The notes beneath the pieces were generated by a model. The model did not search any database. It had not been told where the DNA came from and was given only the letters and a program-made list of their open reading frames with translations. From NCBI GenBank assembly GCA_037447605.1, contig CM074817.1, positions 124,001 to 188,000 on the forward strand: 64,000 nt of DNA, given 5' to 3'. Source of the DNA: Zygnema circumcarinatum SAG 698-1b. Its lineage: Eukaryota; Plantae; Zygnematophyceae. Every line of letters begins with the position of its first letter. Within the stretch, counting starts at the first letter, position 1. This document shows, in pieces, positions 1-11,294 of the stretch. The position numbers and the translations under genes are program-made.

Positions 1-206
1 GCATAGTTAAAGCCTGCATGAATACCACCACGGTTAAGTAAAATATGGAAGGAAATAATAGCCCATCAGCTTCACAAGTTACTATGCGCATAGTTCAATA
101 CATGCTATAATTCGTAAGGGAATAGACAATTAAACAAACAAATTATATAAGTTCGATTTGAAGCAAAGCTAAATTTACATAGCAGCTTATTAAAAATGTC
201 TCAAAC

Positions 207-2261
207 CTGTTGCGCTTGCGGTGAGCCGGACTGTGAAGGGACCCGTCAAGGGCGTCGAGGAGAGCAGGGAAAAGGATGCGCCCCAATCCTTTGCCAACGG
301 TTGGAAGCTCGCTTTCTTCGCCTAAACCCGCACAAGTGAAGGGATGGGGAGGAGCGGGAAAACGAGACAGGGAGAAATAAGAGAGGGAGAGAGTGAGAGA
401 GTGAGAGAGCGAGAGAGGGACGCAATAGTACGATTTCAAAACAAAGCACATATTCGTCCTTGTTCTTAGCGAACCGAACGAATTAAGAACTAAGTGGTTA
501 AAGTTACAATGGTTCCGAGTGTAATTCACACCTATCCACACAAGAACGACCCACGAAGTCAAGCCCGCAAGCCGCCCCATCACCATCAAAAGAAGCTTCG
601 CCAACAAGCACGCGCCTTCCTCACCTGTTTGATAGCCATGGCTGCCACGGACCCGGGGCCGGCTCCTCCGCCCGGTACAACCCCAACATAGTAGGCATTG
701 AATCCCGGCAAAATTCGAAGCAACAAATTTTGGGACCCAAAGTTGCATGGCGTTCTGCCCCCACACAATACGGATTCAAACACACGTTTAGCCTTCCCTC
801 TCCCTCTCCCTCTCCCTTCATGCGACCCTCTTCTCCCGCCTCCCTCTTTCACAAACCTTCCCAATAGAAGAGCAGGCTTCACTTCACATGAGTTCAGTTC
901 AGCCCTTGCTTGCAGAGAGAGAGAGAGAGAGGGCGAGGGCGGTGCCCGTAGCGACAGTGTTGGCCGTTGGGGTGTGCGCGTACCGCTCGTAGGCGACGGT
1001 GAGCACGCCTAGTGTCCGCAGGTCATTGGCCCGCCCCGGCACCGCGAGCGCGCCGAAGGCCGCCCCTGAGAGGTCGAAGTGCGTGTTGCCGCCGCCGCAG
1101 AAGTCGCCGCCCGGGCAGAGGTCGGTCATCGCGACCGCGACGCCCGTCGCCGAGCACAGGCTGCTGCTCGTGCACTGGACCTGCCCCCAACCGATTCCGT
1201 CCGCCCGCCCAACCGCAGCATCGACGGTCAGGATTCGCCAAGGGACTCTTCAATCGTGCGAGTTCAGGATCCTTTTGGATCGTCTGTGTCTGTCTGGAAG
1301 GGAGGGATGCCGTTCGGGAGCTGGCGGAAATGGTGACTGCGTGCAGGGAGGGTTAGAATAAGGGGAGGATAGGGAGGGCTTGCTGGGAGGGGGAGGGAGA
1401 GGGGGAGGGAGTGGGAGAGGGAGTGGGAGTGGGAGTGGGAGAGGGAGTGGGAGTGGGAGTGGGAGAGGGAGTGGGAGTGGGAGTGGGAGAGGTAGTGGGA
1501 GTGAGAGTGGGAGTGGGAGTGAGAGAGGGAATGGGAGAGGAAGTGAGAGTGGCAGAGAAGGGTAAGTGGAGCTGTACTTTGTAGCACGCTCCACAGCCGG
1601 CTCCGTTTAAGAAGAGAGGAGCGGACCCAGCAGCGATAATTTTCTTGTAGGGAGTGGGCGAGAGAGGGCCATAGCCGCATGCTCCACCTGCAGGAGGAAA
1701 AGGGGGGGGAGCTCACATTCAATAAAATGTAAATCACTCTCTCACTCTCTCTTCCTTACTCTCTCTCTCCCTCTCTCCCTCTCTCCCTCCCCCCCTCTCC
1801 CCCACTCTCCCTTCCCCTCTCCCTCTCCCCCTTTCTCTTTCTCTCTCCCCCACCTCTCTCCCCCTCTCACTTCTCTCACTCCCTTTCTTCTCTCTCCCTC
1901 TCTCCCCCTGTCTCTCTCTGTCTCTCTCTCCAAATCTCACTCTCTCTTCGTTCTGCATTCCGACTGAAAGTAAAACAAGACAGTAGTTAAACATTCCGAA
2001 TCTGAGTAATATCATGCATAGCACTGGTGAAAGAAACGTATTTCCTTTTCACTCATCAGTTTTATTTAAAATCATGAAAAAAAATAAAGGTTTTATGAAT
2101 TCATAGAGAGGGGGAGTTTCACCGTCCGTCCCATCGCCTTCCGGCTCTCCGTACCATGTCGCCTTGCTGGTACCTGAGAGACCTCCGTACAACGCAACGC
2201 TAACTGACACATGTGCAAGGAACAGGGCGAGCGCTGCAAGGGGGCCACGTGGCGCCATCAT
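207..2261 (-). CDS. EXPB: Beta-expansin-like cell-wall protein, 3' partial. Exons 2261-2123, 1687-1578, 1180-984, 754-625, 321-207; the final exon is probably off-window.
   Basis: Manual GT-AG splicing gives a signal peptide plus [14 protein letters not shown]|GACGYG...GAGCGACYK|VQC...[31 protein letters not shown]...YER|TPC...GFNAYY...KQ|[17 protein letters not shown]...[13 protein letters not shown]. This has the expansin DPBB Cys motifs, the HFD motif and a CBM63-type domain, with intron phases 1,0,2,0,1. Confidence 0.92.
1385..1550. repeat. (GGGAGT/GGGAGA)n hexamer microsatellite in expansin intron 2
   Basis: Direct reading of the sequence. It explains the spurious PL/GS/SH-repeat ORFs in the track. 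Confidence 0.9.
1735..1950. repeat. CT-rich simple repeat in expansin intron 1
   Basis: Almost pure C/T on the + strand. Confidence 0.9.
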
Positions 2262-2389
2262 TGCCTGCTTAAGCAATAGCAGCATTGTGAGGATTGGTTT
2301 GGATTGATTGAAGGAGCTATGGTGTGTCAGAAATGGGGAATTTTTAAAAATGAAAAGAAATATTTCACAGAAAGAGAGATGAAGGAGCC

Positions 2390-3130
2390 TCCTAAGGCCC
2401 TCTCCCTCTCAAATCCTTCACCCTTTCCCTCCCTTTCCCCTTCGTCTTTCCAAGCCCCTCTTCCTCGTCCTTGTCCTCTTCCTTTACCTCCTAGTCTCCA
2501 TCTCATTTACATCCCCATTCCGGTCATTCTCCTCTCACTCTCTCTATTCTCCTCCCCTCCCCTCCCCTCCCCTCCTGTCTCTCTCTCTCTCTCCATGCTT
2601 TCTCAAACCCGCCTCCATGTAACTCTCCCTCTCCGGCCTTCTTGCCTTACGTCTATCTTTCATCCATCTCTCTCTCCCTCTCCCATCCCCTCTGGCTGTA
2701 TTCACTCCCACTCCCACTCCCTTCCTCTCCTTATTAACCTTCAAACACGTTCAGATTCACTTATACACTCACCTCCCACTTCGCCTCCGCCTCTCTCTCC
2801 GCTCCTTCACCTCTCCCTCCTCCTTTTTCACCCTCTTTCCCTATATACCAATCTCTCCCTCCCTATCCCTCTCTTGCCCGCTTTCACTCTCTCTCTCCCT
2901 TTCCCCTCTCTCTCTCCCACTCCAATACTCTCTCTCCCTCTCTCTCTCCCTCTCCCTCTTCCTCTCTCTCTATCGCTCAGTATTTCTCCCTCTCTTCCCC
3001 CCCCTATTATCTCATTCTCCCTCTCTCTCCCCCCATCCCTTTCACTCTCTCCCTCCGCCTTCCTCTCTCGCTCTTTCTCTCTCGCTCCTCTCGCACCCTC
3101 TCTCTCGCTCCCTATCCCCTCTCCTTTCTA
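2390..3130. repeat. About 740-bp polypyrimidine (CT-rich) tract upstream of the expansin start
   Basis: The + strand is almost entirely C/T; the ORF 2304..3419 is a low-complexity artefact. Confidence 0.85.
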
Positions 3131-3222
3131 CTCCGACAACGGCGCCCTCACATTTGTCGGTGCATGTCACATCAATGTCGGTACCGTCGTCGCATTTGGT
3201 CGGTGGCCGCCGCACCGGACAA

Positions 3223-3274
3223 CGAAAGCGACAAAAGCTACGAAAAGCGACAAAAGCTACGAAAAGCGACAAAA
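3223..3274. repeat. Short tandem repeat, about 19-bp unit CGAAAAGCGACAAAAGCTA, about 2.8 copies
   Basis: Direct reading of the sequence. Confidence 0.8.
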
Positions 3275-3377
3275 TGTTGTAGATTTCGCAAGATTGCTGA
3301 CGGCTGACGTGTCATGCATTGGTTGGTGCGTCACTGCTATTTTTTGTTTGGCGTGCAGTCCTCCAATTACGATGTAC

Positions 3378-3477
3378 CACGTGTCACTGATCCACGTGGC
3401 GGATTCTATTGCATGCTGACGAAGGCGCCTAATTGGATGCTTCCGTCACACGTGGCGAAGAATCACTCGGACACGTG
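3378..3477. promoter_or_regulatory. Cluster of four G-box (CACGTG) motifs, two in ABRE-like ACGTGGC context
   Basis: CACGTG at 3378, 3393, 3449 and 3472, with another at 4034. Function is not demonstrable from sequence. Confidence 0.35.
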
Positions 3478-4746
3478 GGGACGACAAGGGTAGTCAAAGG
3501 TGATTTTTGACGTTGACAGCGAATTTTGAGATTTCGATTATTTCTGAAATTCTGAATCGGTATTTTGAACTGCGCGAGTCTTTTAAAAACGGATTCATGC
3601 TCAGTTTGACATTTGTTTAACGGGGCTAAGGTTCTATGCGGTCAACAGAGCTGTTACTTGACTCCAATCTCTGTTGATCCTGAGAATGCTGAAATGTAAT
3701 TGGCCAAATGACTTGACGGGATTTGAACTGCGAACAGTCTTGATTCACGGGAACTGGAACGGAGAGCCTATCCTGCCATTCCATGTTCAACAAAGTAGAA
3801 CTGTCGACGGGTTTAAAGAAAAAAGAAAGGAGTTCGTATGATCGGATTTTTCGGACCGTCGGATTTGTAGATAAAACACGGCGGCGATGAAGTCACGTCA
3901 TACACAAACCGGCGATTGGGGTACAAATTTCTTTTTGGTGAATTCTGGCTTTTTCTCTTGGTTTGTCGTTTTTCGTTGTCGTTAGAAACCAGTTTTTGTC
4001 CACAAACTGGATTTGACATTTTGTCGTCATTGACACGTGGCGGTCGCAGGGGAAGCAGGGACTCAATGGACGGTCACGATTCACTGCACATCACGTCACA
4101 ACTTCCGAATTTCTGGCTTTTATTTTTTCTGCCCGTTTCAATCTTTGGCTTTTCGAATTCCTGTCCCCGACTCCCCGCACTCAACAGTCAGTTGTCAAAT
4201 TATTGATATACCATGAATATATCGTATTGGTATCGCGTGCGATATACCATAATCATATCGTAGGGGATGTATCGTATTGATATCGTTATGCTCTTCGTCT
4301 TCAGCCAATTGAAGTCTGAACTTCGGTCATCCACTTGCAAGAGAACCTTTCTAAAACCGAAAGCCGTTCTAGTGGTTCGCATGATCATGTTCATGTTCAC
4401 GTTAATGTTCATGTTCATGTTGATATTCATGTGCATTGCTCATGTATGGTGGTCACAAATGTTGTCAATACATTCCCCAAAGCCCTCACGCTTGCCATGC
4501 CCGTCCAACGACACCCAAAAAACGGTCTCAACTCTTCAAAGCGTGCAAGTAAATAAGCGAAGAAAAAACAATCTCATTATACAAATGAATACAATGTTAG
4601 ACCTCGTACACCATTTGTCCACATCTTTCGTCCCCCATCATCATATTCACAGACGCCAAAACTGCTTGTACCGCCGTACTACATGCATGCATGCATTGCA
4701 AGGCTGCCATGTATGGCATGTAGTACATGCACGGGCATGCATGGCC

Positions 4747-7700
4747 TTATTCAAAAGCGGCTCCAGGCCTTCGCCTGCCCCCATCCGTTCGAGTTCGAGT
4801 CACGGGTTTGAACCATCCCTCCTCCCCCGCCTCCTTTCCTGCCCTAAAGCTCGGAGGTCCCTGAAAGGGCAGGGGAGGCCCATGAGGAGGAGGAGGAAGA
4901 GCAGCAGCAGCAGGAGGAGGAGGAGGAGGCATCCTTCCCCACCCTAAAGGAGCAGGGGGGCCCCTCCTCTCCTGCCATGGCGCCCCTCTCTCCTCTCTCC
5001 CTCTCTCTCCCTCCACATACGCTCCATTCCGCCCATTCGAAACTCCCATCTCACCCATCATCCCCCCAGCCTCCGGCCTCACTTCTCCATTGCTCCCCAT
5101 CTCCCTCTCCCTCTCCCTCCTCCTCCTCTTCTTCTTACGAACCACCATGTCTACTGGGTGCCATCCCGCTCCCCCCTCTCCTCCAGCAAGCTGTGAGCCT
5201 CCCATCTCCCGCACCCTCTCTGCAGTAAGTCCCCTCCTACCCAAACCCATACCTGGGCCGATCCTCCCGCCTCGGAAAAGCTCTCCTCCCCTTGGCAAAT
5301 CGGCAGCTCGAGTGAGATCTGAACCCCGAGAAATTTCCGGCATGCGAGTCAAATCTGGCAGCGCTGCCCGAGTCAAATCTGGCCCCCCTCTATGTGCCCC
5401 TGTTCTCGGAGCCGCACTCCATGGGGGAACATTGACATGATCAAAATGGAGAGTGGGGAGGGAAATTGAGGGAGGATAAGGCCAGGGTGAGAGAGGTTTC
5501 AGAGGCCCAAAATCTGTGTCCGGAAAAGCAGCTTCCATTCGCTGAAAAAAGAGAGCGTGAAGGCGCCTTCCGTCTGACTGAATCTGCAGAGACATAGCCA
5601 TCGACAAGTCGCTACGTCGATACGTCAGACAAAAAAACAAAAAAAAAAGGCAAAGAAATCTGTTCTATTGTCTCATCACGACTGGGTCACTTTCACATTC
5701 ACATTTTTTTAAGACCCCAAAATCCGGAAAATGTGAAAGTGAGGAAACGACCCACCTCTGGATGGTGGGAGTGAATGAGCAGTACTCCTTCCAGCAGGAT
5801 ATGCACATCTTCAGCGAACTCCACCACCCCCCCATAGTCTCCATGTTCTAAGCGTTCCTCTACAGCTCGAACATTAGGTGCTTTTATTCCCCTTCTTAAG
5901 AACCCTCCTTGCTCTGCTCTAGTAGACAGTTCTGCAAGCAATCCCGCCATCTGTCTGCCTTCCGGCTCAGCCCCACCCAACAGCCTATCCAATAGAGCTT
6001 GGCACTGCAACAATGGCAGAAAAATCATAGCAACAAGTCAGTAAAAAACCCTTAAAAAAAACAAAAACAAGATACCTTAAAAAGGAAATGAGTTGCAAAC
6101 GGCCCGCCCCAAAAACACCTGTCGCTTACCTTTTTCTGCACTGCCTCCGGCATTCTCCCTCTACTTCCTTCCGGATGTCTGCCCCCTCTCTCTCTGCCCC
6201 ACATTCGCTGTTCTCTGGGCCTCTCCCTCTCCCTCTCCCTCTCCCTCTCCCTCTCATGTCCCCATGCTCTCCCCTCCTCCATTCCCTCCCATGCGGGACC
6301 CCTCCTCCCTCCCCTCCCTACTCCTCCCATACCTCTCCCCTGCGTATATCCCTCCCATCGGCTTCTCACGGTTTGTTGACTGCCTACGTTAGCCGCTCCC
6401 GCTACCCAATCAGAGGCTCCCGGCCTTCCTAGAGAGGGCTCCAATCGCCTTCCGCCACCTGGCAGCTCCACATGTCTCCCTCCTATTGGTAAATTTGAAC
6501 GGAGCCTTTTTGCTTCAGGAGGAAGGCTCCGAACAAGTCGGCTATCATCTCCCTCCTCGTCTCCCTTTTCTCCCACTAATTTCCGTTTCTGAGACTCACT
6601 TGCTCCAGTAAGTAAGGAGACATTGTCTCTTCCGTTGGGTTTATGCCGCTTTCTGAGTGGGAGTACGCAGTCAGCATCTTCTACCGCTACTCCATCTACT
6701 CCCCACACCTCTCCCTCCTCTCCCTCTTCATTCAGCTCACCTTCCTCCGTTACTTCTTTCTGCGCCTTCCTCTCCCTCCCTCCCTCTCTCTCGTCCCTCT
6801 TTCCGACTGGCCGACTTCGAGCACCTCGTTTCCCTTTTTTTAGCACGGATGGTAGAGGCCCATCCTGCCCGTCCTTTACTGAGGGTAAGATTTCCTCTCT
6901 CTCTTCTATCTCTTCTTCTTCTTCTCCTTCTCCTCCTCCTTCTAAATTTGCAGCAATCTCTCCTTCTTCAAGATCCTCCTTTTCTGCCTCAGCTTCACTG
7001 CCTTTTCTGCTATTTTCTGTCTCTGAGGGAGAATTAATTGAACACTGTTCTAAGGAAGAACCGGCTCTTCTCCTACTAGTGGTTCTCTGCTGTTTTAAAA
7101 AAACTACTTCCTCAAGCTCAGCTCCATCATTGTCTCTTTCTCTCTCATCCGGCAATACCTCCTTCTCCGGCTCCTCCTGCTCCTCCTCCTTCTCCTCCTC
7201 CTCCTCCACCTCCTCCTCCTCCTCATCCTCATCTTCACCTTCCGCTTCTCCCTCCTCTACTTCAGGCTCGTCTCCTTGTTCCACACCTCTCTTGGCATCG
7301 GCGATTATGCCCTCCCTGTCCTCTCCATTCTCTCCCCCTTCCTCATCCTCTTCCTCTCCCTCTCCCTCTCCCTCTCCTTCTCCCTCTTCCTCTCCTTCCT
7401 CCTCTTCCTCCACCTCCACCCTCCCATTACCTCCCCCCTGTTGATCCTCACTCCCCTCCAGCTCTCCCTCTTCTCCAGAAAGCTCCTCTTCTCCCTCCTG
7501 CTCCTCCTCCACATCTCCCTCTTCGCTCACTCCTCTCTCACTCTCCCCCCCTTGAGACCCTTCCTCCGATTGCTGCCTGAGAGATGCAAGTTCGTCATCC
7601 TCTCCCTCACTCGCACTCTGCTCTCCCTTTCCTTCATTATCAACTTCCTGTCCTCCTATTCCAACCCCGCCCTCCATCTCCTCTAACTCGTCCTCGTCTC

Positions 7701-8604
7701 CCTCCCCTTCCCCCTCTCCCTCGCCCTCCCCCTCCTCGCTGCTACCATCCTTCGCGCCTACCGTCCCATCCCCCAACCCCATCAATGCCCCCGCTCTCTC
7801 CCTCTCTCCCTCCCTCTCACTTTCCGCCAGCTTGTTCAGCCCTCTCATTCCTCTCCCATGCGTCGTATCCTCTACCACCGGCTGCGCCGCCTTCCTGAGT
7901 GGTGCCTTTGCCGTCAACTCCTGTGCCCTTACCACTTCCTTAGAGCCACAACGCAACCATTTCGGAACTTCCTCGTGGTTTTCGAGCAGCTCGGGCCACT
8001 CCTCCTGCGCATCCATGGCTTCAAAGAGATCTAATTCCTCATCCGTGCGGGCAATCAACCGGTTTACTTCCTGCAAAAATGAAGAATTTAACAAATCAGT
8101 AACAATACAAAGCACGAAAAATCATGTATCTGAAACCTAAAAGGAAAAATAACGGGGTAGTTTACCTGCATGCTTGGTACTGAATGTACACTCTGTTGAT
8201 ATCTTTCTTCATCATGAAGGAGAGCTTCTAAAGTCATTCTTCGCTCTTCCTGTGTCGTCCTTTGGTCAAACCTCCCAGCATTGATGACTTCATCCGCCAT
8301 ATCAATCTTATGCTGCTGAATGTTATTCCGTACCAAAGTCTCAATAGAACCCATATAAGGGTCTCTCACTTCCATATCTTCCTCCCCCTCTTCAGGAAGC
8401 CCACCGCTCCCAGACCCACCCCTCTTCTTCTCCTCTCTCCCACTCTTAGTTTTGCTGCCTCTCTCCCCCCTTACCTTCTCCCCCTTCGCCTTCTCCTCTC
8501 GTTTGAGTTCCCGCTCCCGTCGCTCCCTCTCCCGTCTCTCCCTCCGTCGGTCCTCCTTCTTGAAAAACGGAGTAGTCTCTACCACAGCCTCCAAGTAAAT
8601 CACT
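4747..8604 (-). CDS. BRM: BRAHMA SWI2/SNF2 chromatin-remodelling ATPase, 3' portion. Exons 8604-8166, 8070-6130, 6004-5756, 5583-4747; 5' end lost at the gap 8605-8614.
   Basis: VIYLEAVV...YMGSIETLVRNNIQQHKIDMADEVINAGRFDQRTTQEERRMTLEALLHDEERYQ...|EVNRLIARTDEELDLFEAMD...VPKWLR (post-HELICc/SnAC region) and a plant-BRM-type degenerate bromodomain (LEHGDYGGVVEFAEDVHILL...AFPDTDF) match my recollection of Arabidopsis BRM. GT-AG junctions are in frame. Confidence 0.93.
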
Positions 8605-8614
8605 NNNNNNNNNN

Positions 8615-10732
8615 GGAGAGCATCTACATGAAGCAACCGGAAGGGACGGTTGAACCAGGAGCCGAGCACCTGAGCTGCAGGCTTGTGAAGAGCCTCTACG
8701 GGCTCAAGCAAGCTCCAAGGATCTGGTATCAAAAGATACACGAACTGCTCTTGAAGAATGGCTTCACCCGCTTCCAAGCAGACCACTCGGTCTACAAGAA
8801 GGGAGAAGGAGCGGCTCAGATGTTCGTCGGCATCTACGTCGATGACTTGATCATTGTGAGCGCTTCAATGGTGAGCATTCAGGGCCTCAAGGACCTGCTG
8901 AGAAAGAGCTTTCAGATGAGTGATCTTGGACCTGCGGAGTACCTCTTAGGAATTCAGCTTAAGAGGGGAAAGGATAGCAGCATGTTCTTAAGCCAGGAAG
9001 AAGCACGTGAGGGAGGTGCTAGTATGTTTAGATGATAGTGTACTCGTGCTCTCCCCCATGGCATGGAGCATCAGCCTATCGTCACATGAGCTCGCTGACG
9101 CACCGGGGAGAAGGGAGATGGAGAAGATCCCCGCAGAGCCGCCAGATCGGCAGCCGATGACCTCATGGTGGGAACGCGCCCAGATCTCGCCAAGGCCGTG
9201 AGTACGGCCAGCCGGTACATGGAGAATCCGGGGGTACAACATTGGGAAGCGGTTAAGAGGATCTTTCGATACCTCAAAGGTACGCTTCATTATGGAATCC
9301 GATTCGAGAGGGGGAGCGGCAGCGAAGTGTACGGATACACCGACGCTGATTGGGGAGGTGACCCGGATACGGCCAGATCGACATCTGGATACGCGTTTCT
9401 GAACGCGGGCGGCGTCATTTCTTGGAGTTCGAAACTGCACGAAACGGTGGCGTTATCTTCTACCGAATCTGAGTATATGGCCGCGTGTCACGCAGCCAGG
9501 GAGGCCGTGTGGATCGCGCTCTTCTTTGATGAGTGTGACCGACCACAACTCCCGGTGCAGATTCTGTCGGACAACCAATCTTCGATCGCGCTCATTGAGA
9601 ACCCGGTATTTCAGCGGAAGAGCCAGCATATCAAGATCTAGTCTCACTTCAGGAGAGAGTTAGTGGATGTTGGAGAGATTTGGTGTCATCTGCACCTACG
9701 TGACATGGCGCAGATGCTGACGAAGGGAGTTCTGTTCGACAATGTGGAGAACAATCACCTCCTCGGATTGGGACCCATCGTGCCCAGCTGCAAGCAAGGG
9801 ATTGTGCAGCGTGTAGGGCCGGCACAAGCGTCGGGACAGAGACTTCTTGAGGACATGAAAGACTTGGGACTTTGAATCCGCCCACGCCAAAACGGACAAG
9901 GATGGTCGCGTGACCGCCCACTGCGTAAGTTTGAGGCTTAATCATGGTACTGTGATGTGACGACCGAACGAAATGTTTGGATGATCATTGACGCGCAGCG
10001 CTACGCCATAGCAGCGCGCATATCGCAATGTGACGGAGGCGCCATGGTGAATAAAATATCGCGCGACCGGAATCCAAACTTAGGATGAGTTTCAGCTAGG
10101 GCGGCCATTGAAAGTTTCAAGACACCGAGAAAAGTCAAGCAGCCAAAACCTCGCTGGTTAAGTGCTGTGGGCGCGCCGAGCTGCTACACTCACTGGTGCG
10201 CGCCCTCCCACCGGGTTATGCTACCTCGCGTAGACCTTCGCGACGTAGGCGCATCAAGGCGCACCGAGAATGCTATGGCGACACGCAGCCCATCGTAGGG
10301 TCCGGTGCATGTACTGCAGCATGCGTGCGGCCGCGGATCGGCCAATGCCCGGCGAGTTACAGGCGCTCTCCGCGAGCAGCTATGATCCGTAATCACCAGC
10401 CTTTATAGAGGTTTCGATGCCATCAAGCACGCGAGATCGAGCAAAGTAAGCCTCGAAAGTGTAGTAGCCGCCTCGAGGAAGGGTGTGGTAGTCGTGGGTA
10501 AACATAGCAACGCTTTTGGGTAGAGCGTAGGATAGAGCTGCAGCCGGGAGTAGTTTATACGCTCGCTACCGTTGTATCTTCTATTGTGGCAAAGAAGAGG
10601 TTTTCTACCGTGGGCTTTTCTTCTTACATTAATCGCCTCGGGCTTCTGCTTGGCTCACGAGTCACGCGGTCGGTGAACAACACGAGAAGACACGGACCGC
10701 AGGGGGGCTCAGTTTTGACCCTCAATTCAACA
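8615..10732 (+). mobile_element. Ty1/copia family A, copy A0: 3' part (RT, RNase H, PPT, 3' LTR 9803-10732), inserted in the RT of gypsy G1
   Basis: YMKQPEG...LYGLKQAPR...YVDDL and YTDADWGGD...SWSSK...STESEY motifs; purine tract near 9792-9802; LTR ends CTCAATTCAACA. Confidence 0.9.
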
Positions 10733-11289
10733 CGATACGCATCACGCCGTTTCAGTACATCAAGATCCGCCGCTACACGACCGATGATAACTCCAGTAAG
10801 ATCGAAAGCGCATGTGAATACTCGAGCACCTTGCAATCTGTCCAGCAAGTCATCAATACTCGGTAACGCATACCGATTCTTGACAGTTATCTTGTTAAGT
10901 GCCCGATAGTCAATGCACATTCGCAAAGAACCATCTTTCTTCCCCACAAAGAGGATTGGAGCACCGAAAGGACTCTGGCTGGGTTCAATCCAACCTTTGT
11001 CTCTCAAGTTTGAGAGTTGCTTACGCATCTCTTCGGTCTCCTGGGGACTTAACCGATAAATCGGTCGCCAAGGCGGCTTATGTCCAGGTTCCAAGGGAAT
11101 TGTATGTCCGACATGTTGTGACGGAGGCAACCCCCGAGGTAAGTCATCAGGAAAAATATCCCTGAATTCATCCAACAACGGTTGGATCCGAGATGGAACA
11201 GGTGACAACACATCCGTAGGTGTGACATGCCACTCTTGTTCCTCGCCGCGAACATCTTCCGCGGGTATCCGGCGACTTGTACCAAACAA
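10733..11289 (-). mobile_element. Ty3/gypsy G1, RT N-terminal fragment
   Basis: [22 protein letters not shown]...YRLSPQE...[47 protein letters not shown]. It joins the 32137+ segment across the A1 insertion (KAGCT/LF). Confidence 0.92.
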
Positions 11290-11294
11290 GGTAT

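Noticed and set aside
1250-3419. Long ORFs rich in PL, SH, ER or LS repeats (e.g. 2304..3419, 371 aa)
   Set aside because: They are translations of CT/GA microsatellites in introns and upstream DNA, with no domain content.
3140-4260. Possible DNA transposon with inverted ACGACAA motifs
   Set aside because: Only patchy inverted similarity; no defined termini or TSD.
6623-7898. Ser/Pro/Leu-rich + strand ORFs
   Set aside because: Antisense shadows of the Glu-rich BRM exon.
8605-8786. Apparent BRM-retroelement or copia-BRM fusion ORFs (8088..8786 and 8262..9035)
   Set aside because: The ORFs merely read through the N gap; the two parts are on opposite strands.
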